Below, piece by piece: positions 49,123-58,657 of a DNA stretch of 64,000 nucleotides. The DNA comes from an uncultured Desulfurococcales archaeon. Lineage in GTDB: Archaea > Thermoproteota > Thermoprotei_A > EX4484-217-1. Positions within the stretch are counted from its first letter, which is position 1, and each line of letters opens with the position of its first letter. The position numbers and the translations under genes are program-made. Location of the stretch: positions 1,126 to 65,125 of the forward strand of contig CAZBXI010000001.1 of assembly GCA_964496035.1 (NCBI GenBank). The letters are read 5' to 3'. The notes under the pieces were generated by a model, which was not told the origin of the DNA, ran no database searches, and was given only the letters and a program-made list of their open reading frames with translations.

Positions 49123-50121
49123 ATGGAAACAAAAATATTAGTTTCAAAGCTTGTTAACGACATTGTGTCATGGAAAATCAGAAGCTCAACAGAACTAGTT
49201 GAAGAAACGCTCAATACTTTAGAATACATAATTAAAGACTCTAAAACCTTGGACTCATTAGCACTAAATGTAATTTACACAATAAATGAAGTGATTAAAG
49301 TTAGACCAACAGCTGCAATGCTAATTAACTGTTCTAGAGATATTTTGCTAGAACTAAGCAATGTAGTTAGTAATAAGCCCAAATTATCTGAAGCTAAGGA
49401 AATATTACTAGGCAGAATTAAGAGGATAAAGAGTAGAATGGCAAGCAACATAGAAAGGATAGCTACCATAGGTGCTAATAGAATAATTTCAGGAGATGTA
49501 ATAATGACCTCTGCTTACAGTAAAACAGTTATGAAGATTTTAGAAAAAGCACTAGAGCAAGGTAAGAAGTTTGAAGTTTTCATTACGGAATCCAGACCGG
49601 GTGATGATGGAAAAATAGTTGCTTCGGAGCTGAGTAAACTAGGGCTAAAGGTAACTTTAATTGTAGACTCAGCTATGAGACATTTCATGAAATATACTAC
49701 TAGGGTGTTTTTAGGGGCAGAGGCCGTAGCAGCTAATGGAGCGGTAATCAGTAAAGTCGGTTCATCGCTTATGGCCCTAATAGCACATGAGGCCAGGGTT
49801 AGGGTTTTCGTAGCTGCATCAATACTCAAATTTAATTACGAAACAGTCTTTGGAGAACTAGTTAAGATACCTCAAGCACCCGAAGAAACCATTCTACCTA
49901 GAAAGGTAAAGGAGAAAATAGGTAAGAACGTTAAAACAGAAATACCCATATTAGACGTTATACCTCCCGAGTATGTAGACGCTATAATAACAGAGTACGG
50001 TGTAATAGCTCCTCAAGCCATACCGCTGCTCATGCATGACCTTTTAAAGACATGGCCTCTTAAAGCAGCAGACGTTAATGAAATAATGAATAGTATATTG
50101 AAGGTGGTGAAGAGTGGGTGA
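49123..50121 (+). CDS. eIF2B-family paralog of ribose-1,5-bisphosphate isomerase lacking catalytic residues
   Basis: RPTA, TSAYS (vs THCNS), ESRP, GAE (vs GAD), AHEARVRVFVAA identical to the neighbouring gene. Confidence 0.85.
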   Translation: METKILVSKLVNDIVSWKIRSSTELVEETLNTLEYIIKDSKTLDSLALNVIYTINEVIKVRPTAAMLINCSRDILLELSNVVSNKPKLSEAKEILLGRIKRIKSRMASNIERIATIGANRIISGDVIMTSAYSKTVMKILEKALEQGKKFEVFITESRPGDDGKIVASELSKLGLKVTLIVDSAMRHFMKYTTRVFLGAEAVAANGAVISKVGSSLMALIAHEARVRVFVAASILKFNYETVFGELVKIPQAPEETILPRKVKEKIGKNVKTEIPILDVIPPEYVDAIITEYGVIAPQAIPLLMHDLLKTWPLKAADVNEIMNSILKVVKSG

Positions 50122-51124
50122 GATGAAATATCCTAAAGAAGTACATCAAATAGCAGACGATATAAGAAGCATGAAGATAAGAGGAGCAGGTAGAATAGCT
50201 AGAGCAGCTGCTAAAGCATTAAAAATTGCTGCTGAAAAATATGAAGGACCTGCAGATGTAGAGTCTTTTATAACGTACATAGATAATGTAGCCAAGATAC
50301 TTTTAGAAACAAGACCTACAGCTGTTTCTTTACCCAATGCTGTCATGTATATTACTTCGAGGTTGAGAAGAAAAAGACCGGTAAATGTAAATGAGGCCAT
50401 ATTGATAGTTAGGAGAACAGCTGATGATTTTATAAATTACTCGTTAACTGCAACGGAAAGGATAGGACTCATAGGTTCGAGAAGAATCCTAAGTGGAGAA
50501 ATAATATTAACACACTGTAATAGTACTGCTGCACTTTCAGTTATAATACATGCGCATAGGCAAGGCAAGGATATTAAAGTCTATGCTACGGAAACAAGAC
50601 CTAAATTCCAAGGCCACATAACCGCTAAAACGCTTTTAGCCGAGGGCATAGATGTCACGTTAGTACCTGATGCCGCAGTGAGATATGTTATGAAGAAAAT
50701 AGATAAAGTAATTGTTGGCGCAGACACTGTTGCAGCCAATGGAGCAGTAGTTAATAAAATAGGTACTTCAAACATAGCATTAGCAGCACATGAAGCCAGA
50801 GTCAGGGTCTTCGTAGCTGCTGAAACTTACAAATTCAGTCCAGCTACAGTAATAGGTGAACTCGTAGAGATAGAAGAAAGAGATCCAAGAGAAATAGTTG
50901 ATGAAAAGTTCTTAAAAGAGAACCCAAACGTTATTGTAAGAAATCCAGCGTTCGACGTAACCCCACCGGAGTACATAGACGCTATCATAACTGAGGAAGG
51001 ACTCATACCACCTCAAGCCGCATATCTTATACTAATTGAGAAATTCGGATGGGTAATTCAAGACTACTTCATAAGTAAATATTCTCTAAGAGAGGAGGAT
51101 GAGGATTGGTACCAGAAGTTGTAG
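50114..51124 (+). CDS. Ribose-1,5-bisphosphate isomerase
   Basis: IRGAG, TRPTAVSL.N, THCNS, ETRP..QG, GAD, NKIGT, NPAFDVTP. Confidence 0.93.
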   Translation: MGEMKYPKEVHQIADDIRSMKIRGAGRIARAAAKALKIAAEKYEGPADVESFITYIDNVAKILLETRPTAVSLPNAVMYITSRLRRKRPVNVNEAILIVRRTADDFINYSLTATERIGLIGSRRILSGEIILTHCNSTAALSVIIHAHRQGKDIKVYATETRPKFQGHITAKTLLAEGIDVTLVPDAAVRYVMKKIDKVIVGADTVAANGAVVNKIGTSNIALAAHEARVRVFVAAETYKFSPATVIGELVEIEERDPREIVDEKFLKENPNVIVRNPAFDVTPPEYIDAIITEEGLIPPQAAYLILIEKFGWVIQDYFISKYSLREEDEDWYQKL

Positions 51125-52050
51125 CTATAGGTAATGCTAATGTAGATATAATAATGTATGTCGATAAAGTACCTGCAGAAGATGAAGCAGTAGAAGCATA
51201 TGATACGATAATCTCTGCAGGAGGCTCAGCATCAAACTATGCAGTAGCTCTTTCAAGACTAAATGTTAAGAGCGGATTTATAGGAAGAATAGGCAATGAC
51301 AGTTTTGGAGAATTTATTAGAAAAGAGTTCGAGAAGGAAAGAGTTGACATATCTCACTTAAAAGTAGATGACAAATACCCTACAGGCAAAGTGTTCATCA
51401 TAGTTACCAGGGACGGCATTAGGAGAATGATAGCTTATCGAGGAGCAAACGCCCGTATTTCAAAGGACGACCTAGATGAGGAATACATTTCAAAAGCAAA
51501 AATTGTTCATGCAGCAAGTATAAGAAAGGAACTAGCTGAAGACGTAGCTAAAATAGTTTCAAAATATAATGTTGCATTCAGTTATGATCCAGGCTCAATA
51601 GTTTGCAAGTACGGTATAAAGGGTTTCATGAGCATATTTAAACACGTCAAAATATTGTACTTGAATTTAAGGGAACTGGAATGCCTAACAGGGTCAAGGG
51701 ATCCCGAATCAGCATCACAACTATTAAGATACGGCCCCAAGCTTGTTGTTGTAAAAATGGGATCTAAAGGATCATACATAGTGCTAAGTGATGCAAGAAT
51801 AAGAGTACCACCGTACAAGCCAAAGCAAGTTATTGACACTACGGGTGCTGGAGATGTTTTTGCCGCCGCACTTACAGCATCGCTACTTAAAGGCTATAGT
51901 TTATGGGATTCAGCACTTTTTGCAAGTGTGGCTGCCGGAATTAAGGTAGGTAGGAAAGGTGCTAGAAACGGGATACCATATGAAAAAGAGGTGCTTTCAA
52001 TATTTAACGAACTACGTGAAAAACTTAGCAGAGGCCTTATACTATCCTAG
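51106..52050 (+). CDS. PfkB/ribokinase-family kinase (likely ribose-1-phosphate kinase)
   Basis: GGSASN, DPG, N..E, DTTGAGD; substrate inferred from operon context. Confidence 0.85.
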   Translation: MVPEVVAIGNANVDIIMYVDKVPAEDEAVEAYDTIISAGGSASNYAVALSRLNVKSGFIGRIGNDSFGEFIRKEFEKERVDISHLKVDDKYPTGKVFIIVTRDGIRRMIAYRGANARISKDDLDEEYISKAKIVHAASIRKELAEDVAKIVSKYNVAFSYDPGSIVCKYGIKGFMSIFKHVKILYLNLRELECLTGSRDPESASQLLRYGPKLVVVKMGSKGSYIVLSDARIRVPPYKPKQVIDTTGAGDVFAAALTASLLKGYSLWDSALFASVAAGIKVGRKGARNGIPYEKEVLSIFNELREKLSRGLILS

Positions 52051-52055
52051 GGAAC

Positions 52056-52547
52056 TTATATTATTTTAACTGTAAATGAAACCTTTATTTTCTTTATAAT
52101 GCTTTCAAAAGACTCCTGATTAAGTGTTGTAAAAAAGTTGTTCCATCCTCTAGCAAATCTATTGTCCTTAATAGCTACTCTCTTCTTAAAATTCTCACTA
52201 CTAAGTGTTTTTCCTTCAACATAAGATATAAGACTTAGTACAGTATTCCATGGACTTATGTAGTATTTCAGTTTAGGTATAAATTTACGTATCTCATCAA
52301 AGTATTTCTCTTGCCCAAGTAATGTACCATACCCTACATCTCCCTCTACTTCAACATAACTAAGTAGCGGATAATCGTTATACTTATCAACTACTGTGAA
52401 TAATTCAAAAACCTTTCCTCCTGGTATGTCTTCATAACACATTAATCCCAATTTAAAGACTGAATTCTCTCCAACGATATACCCTAGTATTTTCTCCCTA
52501 AACCTAGGTTTCTGAACGTTCTTTATATGTAATTCAAGAAATACCAT
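52056..52547 (-). CDS. Hypothetical protein
   Basis: 163-aa ORF. Confidence 0.65.
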   Translation of the reverse strand: MVFLELHIKNVQKPRFREKILGYIVGENSVFKLGLMCYEDIPGGKVFELFTVVDKYNDYPLLSYVEVEGDVGYGTLLGQEKYFDEIRKFIPKLKYYISPWNTVLSLISYVEGKTLSSENFKKRVAIKDNRFARGWNNFFTTLNQESFESIIKKIKVSFTVKII

Positions 52548-52625
52548 CTACTAAGCCCTAACCTAGTTTACGGAGATTAAAATACTTAAAACATTAAACT
52601 ACTATATTACAATGGTGAAAGGGAT

Positions 52626-53183
52626 ATGGCTGAAGAAATACCCTTGAGACCTCTAGGTAAACAGGATATTCACAAGTTAGAAACAGCTCTTCTAATAGCT
52701 ACATTACTGAGACCCGATGTAATAGAGGAGATAAGAAAAGCTGAAGAAAGATTAACATGGGTTGATAGTTTAGCTGTTGCGGCAGCTGCACTTGCACGAT
52801 CTAAGGCAGGCTATACAGTAACTATGATAGCAGATGAACTTGGCAGAAGCGAAGGCACAATAAGAAACCATCTTACCGGTAAAACTAAAGCAGGTAAGCT
52901 TGTTCAGGAAACTTATCAAAGATTCCTACGTGAAGGAGTTAAAATAGAAATACCCGAAGTAGTAGCTAAAATTACGCCTGAAGAAGTATATAAGAAGGAA
53001 ATAGAGAAACTGGAGAAAGAACTGGAAGAACTACGTAGCGCTAAAACAGAACTAGAAGGTAAAGTGAAGAGTCTAGAAGAGAAAGTTAAGAACCTCGAAA
53101 ATGAAAAGACAAACCTAGAAACCGAAGTAACCAAGTATAAGCAAAAAATAGAAGAAATAAAGAGAATACTGTCCTCAATATAG
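52626..53183 (+). CDS. HTH transcriptional regulator (COG1318 / near-KaiC type) with coiled-coil tail
   Basis: ERLTWVDSLAVAA.ALAR.KAG....IADELGR.E.TIRNHL.G.TKAG.LV. Confidence 0.85.
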   Translation: MAEEIPLRPLGKQDIHKLETALLIATLLRPDVIEEIRKAEERLTWVDSLAVAAAALARSKAGYTVTMIADELGRSEGTIRNHLTGKTKAGKLVQETYQRFLREGVKIEIPEVVAKITPEEVYKKEIEKLEKELEELRSAKTELEGKVKSLEEKVKNLENEKTNLETEVTKYKQKIEEIKRILSSI

Positions 53184-53212
53184 CCTAAACTTTTTTCCAT
53201 CAACTTAACAAG

Positions 53213-54538
53213 GTGTATTACATTTTGACTTCTATTCTTCTTTTATACCCTACAATACTCACTATGGCAAGCGAAAACGACGTAATAGATGAAGGTTACA
53301 TCTACATTGATGAAGGCAAAATAGTTGATGTCGGCAAAGCCAGTGAACTACCTTACGAATACAAATATGCTGACTTAGTACTTAACCTGAGAGGAAGAAT
53401 AGTTCTTCCAGGGTTTATAAGCTACCATAACCATTTAGCTCTACATTTCATTCGCTTCATGGGACTGGGTTTAACCTTAGATGAATGGATAGATTTAGTA
53501 GCTTGGCCTTACGAAAAATCTCTTACACCAGAAGAATCATATTATGCTGCTAAACTCGCCATATATAACTTATTGAGAAACGGTGTTGTTGGAATAGCTG
53601 ATATGCATTTCAATATGGACTCTGTTGCTAGAGCTGTTCAAGAATCAGGTATAATAGCTAACCTCTCAGTTGCAATAATGGATACTCGAATAAAAACATA
53701 CGAGGAAACGCTTAAGGAGAACATGAACCTCTTTAAAAAATGGAACGGCGTAGATAATAATAGAATAACGGTTTCTCTAGGCCCATGCGGTATAAGATTT
53801 CTCAAACCAAATCAGCTCCAGGAAATATCTGTTATAGCTAAAGAACAGAGCCTCTACATTCATATGCACATATCTGAAGTACAGGAAGATGTAAAGTACG
53901 CTAAGAAGGAATTCGGTAAGAGACCCATAGAAGTACTTAGAGACATGGGGTTTCTAGGAGAAAAAACCCTGCTAGCTCATGCAGTTTGGGTTTCCGAGAG
54001 AGAAATAGACTATGTAGCTAAAACATCAACCAGCATTGCACACTGCCCTATATCGAACACACTACTTCTATCTGGCATAGCACCTTTAATTAGCATGCTA
54101 CGTAAAAACGTGAAAGTGGGGTTTGGAATAGACATAAACCCTGAATGGGACGTACTTGCAGAAGCTAAATTAGCAATATACCTTGCTAATAACCTATATG
54201 GCGCGCCTCCTAGACTTCAACCTTTTGACGTATTAAAAATGGTTACAGGAAATTTAGCTAAATTCCCAGGTATAGAAAAGCATGGTCTTATAAAACCAGG
54301 CTATGATGCTAACATAGTAGTTGTAAACACAAAAACACCTGAAGGATGGCCCTATGAGGGAGCATACTATTCCGCAGTATTGTTCTCCAAAGCTAGTATT
54401 GAAACCGTTATTGTTAGAGGCGAAGTACTTGTTGACGGAGGCGAAGTACTCACAATAGGGGAGAGGGAAGTTGAAAAAGCCAAGAAGATTTTGTCAAAGA
54501 AGTTAGAAGAAATTCCTATACTTAAACAAAGTAGATAG
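53213..54538 (+). CDS. Amidohydrolase, MTA/SAH deaminase-like
   Basis: LPGF..HNH, HMH.SE, AHAV, HCP.SN..L.SG. Confidence 0.88.
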   Translation: MYYILTSILLLYPTILTMASENDVIDEGYIYIDEGKIVDVGKASELPYEYKYADLVLNLRGRIVLPGFISYHNHLALHFIRFMGLGLTLDEWIDLVAWPYEKSLTPEESYYAAKLAIYNLLRNGVVGIADMHFNMDSVARAVQESGIIANLSVAIMDTRIKTYEETLKENMNLFKKWNGVDNNRITVSLGPCGIRFLKPNQLQEISVIAKEQSLYIHMHISEVQEDVKYAKKEFGKRPIEVLRDMGFLGEKTLLAHAVWVSEREIDYVAKTSTSIAHCPISNTLLLSGIAPLISMLRKNVKVGFGIDINPEWDVLAEAKLAIYLANNLYGAPPRLQPFDVLKMVTGNLAKFPGIEKHGLIKPGYDANIVVVNTKTPEGWPYEGAYYSAVLFSKASIETVIVRGEVLVDGGEVLTIGEREVEKAKKILSKKLEEIPILKQSR

Positions 54539-54911
54539 TTAATGAATCTCTTATCTTTTCAAAATATACTTCTTTATTAGCTGAGGTTTCAATACATAAT
54601 CCTTCATCGAATAAGATAACGTAGTTATATAGAAAAGCTCCTGGGGTTATTATGGTTAGGTATCTTGAAAAATCTAAATTTGTATATCTGAGTTCGAAAT
54701 TCCCAATAATCCTTGGCTTATTTATAACTTCTCCCTTCACGGATATAGGAGTAACATTATTGCTTAGTTCAACATATACGTAGCGTTTTCTACCATGTCT
54801 ACCTTCTTTATGTGTTTTCACATTGTTCGAAACTCTAACCTCTCTCGGGAGAAACATGAAAACCACGTTTTTAAATGCTATAATTAGCTCGTAAGGTTTA
54901 AACGTGGCCAT
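54522..54911 (-). CDS. Hypothetical protein
   Basis: 129-aa ORF. Confidence 0.6.
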   Translation of the reverse strand: MATFKPYELIIAFKNVVFMFLPREVRVSNNVKTHKEGRHGRKRYVYVELSNNVTPISVKGEVINKPRIIGNFELRYTNLDFSRYLTIITPGAFLYNYVILFDEGLCIETSANKEVYFEKIRDSLTIYFV

Positions 54912-54993
54912 TAGAGAACCTTTCTTAGGAACCCATTCAATATATAGTTTTCCCGGCGTAATAGAGCACCTCTGTTAAGGTGATCGGTTAATA

Positions 54994-55854
54994 TTGAGTA
55001 ATTACACACCCCTAATTCGCAAACTAGCTCATAAAGTTCTAGGTAGTAAGAAGGCTAAAAAGATATGGTCGCGTATCGAAATAATAGGAGACATAGCTGT
55101 TATACGTAAGCCTCCAGACATAGATTTAGAAGATATGAAAGCTATAGGTGAGGAAATACTTAAAGAAATACCCTATGTTAAAAGCGTATGGTGTGCCGTA
55201 TCCGAGGTAAAAGGTACTTACCGTTTAAGAAACTATGTTCATTTGGCTGGCGAACACCGAAGCGAGACAGTATATGTTGAGCATGGGTGCAAGTTTAAGC
55301 TTGATATAACTAAGGTGTACATTTCACCTGCTTTAAATTATGAACATAAAAGAATAGCTGAAATGGTAAAACCAGGGGAAATAATTGTTAACATGTTTGC
55401 AGGTATAGGTATTTTTTCGATAGTAATAGCACGGAAGGTTTCACCTGTTAAAATTTACTCAATAGATATTAACCCCTATGCTTACAGGTACATGGTTGAA
55501 AATGTAAAAATAAATAAAGTAGAGAACTACGTAATTCCCTTACTTGGCGATGCAGCGAAGGTTATAGTAGAAAAGTTAATATCTGTAGCTGATAGGGTGC
55601 TTATGCCGTTGCCCGAACTAGCTATTAGTTATCTGAAATATGCTGTCTTATCGTTGAGAAGTAAGGGTTTTCTACATACTTACCTGTTTGTGAAAGCTAA
55701 TAATAGAAAGGAAAGCTTAAAGAAAGCAGAAGAGATGTACTCTCAAGAACTGGTAAAATATGTTAGAAACTATAGACTTCTATCCTATCGTGTTGTAAGA
55801 TCTGTAGGGCCGAGAAAGTACCAAGTGGTTTTAGATTACTATGTTGAAAAATAG
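54994..55854 (+). CDS. trm5: Trm5/Taw2-family tRNA methyltransferase
   Basis: IIGDIAV, E.GCKF..D, MFAGIG.F, DINP, DRVLMPLP. Confidence 0.85.
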   Translation: MSNYTPLIRKLAHKVLGSKKAKKIWSRIEIIGDIAVIRKPPDIDLEDMKAIGEEILKEIPYVKSVWCAVSEVKGTYRLRNYVHLAGEHRSETVYVEHGCKFKLDITKVYISPALNYEHKRIAEMVKPGEIIVNMFAGIGIFSIVIARKVSPVKIYSIDINPYAYRYMVENVKINKVENYVIPLLGDAAKVIVEKLISVADRVLMPLPELAISYLKYAVLSLRSKGFLHTYLFVKANNRKESLKKAEEMYSQELVKYVRNYRLLSYRVVRSVGPRKYQVVLDYYVEK

Positions 55855-55864
55855 TTAAGCAGTT

Positions 55865-57031
55865 CTATCTTCTCCTACGTCTCCTAGGCACCTCTACTTC
55901 CAGTGCCCTAGCGCCTACACCTATAAGTTTCCTTAACACTGCATCTAAGAATTTAACATGGAATCCTTTCTGGCCAACAAAGGGTCCGAAGTCATCTCTG
56001 TTCACTTTAAACAACATGTAAGGACCAGCAAAATCAGCATCTACTACATGTTTATGAATCCAACTTACGGGGTGAATTGCTCTAATAAACTCTTTAAAGT
56101 CCAGTGTTAACTCTATTGCTCTCAATTTTAACCCTACTTCTTCTTGAATCTTATTTATTCTCTCACCGCCTCTACCTATGAGTCTGCCTAGATGTCCCTC
56201 TTTTGTAATTATTAATGCATCCGGTGTGTGTTCGCTTGTTATCTCGTATCGTTTTTTGTCATTAATGAACTCTGCAACAGTTATTATATCGGCATCGGGC
56301 GCATAGATTTTAGCTGCATCTAAGATTTCTTTCTCTGTATCATTAAGCTTTCTTTTTCTCATACGTACTTCCAGAATTAACTTTATTCCTCTCTTAGCAC
56401 CAACTCTTACGATATCCTTAAGCCCTAAATCTATTACAATAGCTCTTTCCTCGCCCATTAGAGCTTCGCGAAGAAGTGTAGCTCCATCTAAAACTATTTC
56501 AGGGTTCTTCTGGAATACAGGATCCCCAGCAATAATCATTTTACTATTGTTTCCCATTCTCATTAATAGTTCTAATGAGCTCTCAGGGGGGATGTTTTGA
56601 GCATCGTCAAGGAAAAGTATTGAATTATCAAATGTTCTTCCCCTAAGGAAGTGAATATCAGCTAATATGACCCTCTCCTTCTTTATAAGCTCTTCAACAA
56701 TACTCCAATTTATAAAGCTCGCTAATATGTCTCTAATATATGTTGAAATAATATCATAGTATAGGTTGCCAAGTTCTACTGCTGTAATTTCCTTCTCCAA
56801 TACTATGTCTATAAGAGGTCTTGCTATAATGAACCTCTGATATTTTTCCTTTAAAACCTCAGTAATGCCGTAAGCTATAGATAGAAGGCTTTTACCTGTA
56901 CCCGTAGGGCCGAAAACACCAACAATATCGTAATCTTTACTATGTAGGGCTTTCAGAAACTCTTCCTGCCCTGGAGTTAAAGGCTTAATTACATCTAAAG
57001 GTGTTTTTGTAGACTTCGACATTGTCATCAC
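55865..57031 (-). CDS. PhoH-family ATPase with C-terminal KH domains
   Basis: P.TPGQ, GPTGTGKS, RGRTF, DDAQN, GD..Q; KH loops IGRGGERI and VGQKG. Confidence 0.9.
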   Translation of the reverse strand: MMTMSKSTKTPLDVIKPLTPGQEEFLKALHSKDYDIVGVFGPTGTGKSLLSIAYGITEVLKEKYQRFIIARPLIDIVLEKEITAVELGNLYYDIISTYIRDILASFINWSIVEELIKKERVILADIHFLRGRTFDNSILFLDDAQNIPPESSLELLMRMGNNSKMIIAGDPVFQKNPEIVLDGATLLREALMGEERAIVIDLGLKDIVRVGAKRGIKLILEVRMRKRKLNDTEKEILDAAKIYAPDADIITVAEFINDKKRYEITSEHTPDALIITKEGHLGRLIGRGGERINKIQEEVGLKLRAIELTLDFKEFIRAIHPVSWIHKHVVDADFAGPYMLFKVNRDDFGPFVGQKGFHVKFLDAVLRKLIGVGARALEVEVPRRRRRR

Positions 57032-57639
57032 CTTTTTCTTTCTAACCAGTTTCTTCTGATTTCAGTTTCTAACTTAAATATCTTCTTCTTAGATTCCAAG
57101 AGCATTTTATTAGCCCATTTAACTAAAGTTTTCAAACGCGTTTTTCTACATATAAGCTTTCCTTTAAGTTTTAAAGGCATAGCTAATTGCTCATTACCTC
57201 TCAATTCAACAACTATGCCTGTTCTAGCGAAACTTATTATACCACTATGCTTGAACCCAACGTTTCTTGCTACTTTTAGAAGTTCCTGAGCTCTGTTAAC
57301 GGTTAAGCATGACACGTGAAGTATGGGAGGTTGTAAAACAAACCATAAATTCTCATCTCTGCTCTTTTCTAGAATACTAATAACCTCGTTTACATCTATC
57401 CTGTTGTGCGCCTTCAAATAAATCCTTATGGATCTTCTATCCCATGGTCTCTTAGATGAAAACACCATAAGTCTACCCGAACAACTGCTTGAAGTAAACA
57501 TGTCGTTAAAGCTGTTTAATAGTTTAATTAAGGAGTACAGTTCCCTATCAAAATACCCTGTTACGATATCTCTTTCGAGGCGTTTTAGAAATGCTTGTTT
57601 CCTATTAATCCAAGCACTGTAATTAACCGACATACTCAC
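57028..57639 (-). CDS. taw3: tRNA wyosine methyltransferase Taw3
   Basis: TSSSCSGR, KAH, QPPILHV, GFKHSG; GTG start at 57639 chosen from the GAGGTG SD. Confidence 0.9.
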   Translation of the reverse strand: MSMSVNYSAWINRKQAFLKRLERDIVTGYFDRELYSLIKLLNSFNDMFTSSSCSGRLMVFSSKRPWDRRSIRIYLKAHNRIDVNEVISILEKSRDENLWFVLQPPILHVSCLTVNRAQELLKVARNVGFKHSGIISFARTGIVVELRGNEQLAMPLKLKGKLICRKTRLKTLVKWANKMLLESKKKIFKLETEIRRNWLERKR

Positions 57640-57725
57640 ATTATACACCTCAAATATTAAGTATCTTAATTGGGCTGAATTAAGTGTCACGATAGAAAAG
57701 TATGAATACGTAGAAAATATTACTG

Positions 57726-58082
57726 ATGTTTGGTGCATTATCGTTGGAAAGCACTATTACTATTGAGGAGTTCTCAAAAATAGATCTAAGAGTAGGCGTG
57801 GTTAAGGAGGCGGAGAAAATACCTGGTACAAGAAAACTCTTAAGACTAATAGTTGACCTAGGAGAGTTAGGAAAAAGACAGCTCATAGCAGGACTGGGCG
57901 ACGTATACTCCCCTGAAGAGCTTTTAGGTAAAAGAATCATCGTTGTCGCTAATTTAAAGCCTAAGGTTATTAGAGGATATTTAAGCGAAGGCATGTTGCT
58001 AGCTGCAGGTTGCGGAAAAGGAGAAACACCTAGAATACTGACTGTTGACGGAGAAGTTAAACCTGGAAGTAAGGTTTGCTAA
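57726..58082 (+). CDS. Stand-alone tRNA-binding OB-fold protein (Trbp111/CsaA/MetRS C-terminal type)
   Basis: FSKIDLRVG, NLKP....G..SEGMLLA; start may be TTG 57744. Confidence 0.92.
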   Translation: MFGALSLESTITIEEFSKIDLRVGVVKEAEKIPGTRKLLRLIVDLGELGKRQLIAGLGDVYSPEELLGKRIIVVANLKPKVIRGYLSEGMLLAAGCGKGETPRILTVDGEVKPGSKVC

Positions 58083-58657
58083 AGTATTTGACCAATAATA
58101 TACGTTAGCAACGCTACAAGCATCCCTCCTCCAGTATATAAGAATGCAGTTTTTATTCTCTCCCTCCTGGAGGTAATAAAACCGGTAAACGCTAGTGTAC
58201 TCAAAGCCAAAATGATACCTGCAACCGCGTTAATAGGATACGGTAAGGTAAAGAATAGTGTCGCTGGAATTAAGCCTCCGAGAAGCGTTGAAGCGCCTGC
58301 CGCAAACACTCTTACACGTACTTTAAAAGCAGTCTTCTCTGATATTACAGTCCCCCTTAAGCTCCTTAGTAAATGCCTTTCAAGAACATAGAGTCTAGCT
58401 TCTTCAAACGATCTTTCCGCAAAATATGCTCCATAAGAGTTTGTTAAAGCTGCAGTTACTACTCCTCCAATCCATGCTTTAACAGCCTCCTGAACAGAGA
58501 AACTAAGCGTAACCAGCAGAATTCCAAGAGCGAAAAGTACACCATCACTCATACCTAAAATAATGTATCTTAAAACTTCATGCCGTAGCTTACGTTCTAG
58601 CTTGAGGGGGTTGAGCAGATTCAATAATTTTTTCACCAACAACAACTTGGTCGACAC
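58079..58657 (-). CDS. VIT1/CCC1-family membrane protein
   Basis: RYIILGMSDG, GAYFAE, LERHLLRSL.GT. Confidence 0.85.
   Translation of the reverse strand: MSTKLLLVKKLLNLLNPLKLERKLRHEVLRYIILGMSDGVLFALGILLVTLSFSVQEAVKAWIGGVVTAALTNSYGAYFAERSFEEARLYVLERHLLRSLRGTVISEKTAFKVRVRVFAAGASTLLGGLIPATLFFTLPYPINAVAGIILALSTLAFTGFITSRRERIKTAFLYTGGGMLVALLTYIIGQIL

Noticed and set aside
57640..57738. N-terminal extension of Taw3 in the track (likewise 28562-28627 for GT2 and 62831-62932 for dUTPase)
   Set aside because: Extensions run through promoter regions or neighbouring genes; downstream starts have SD sites and give family-typical lengths
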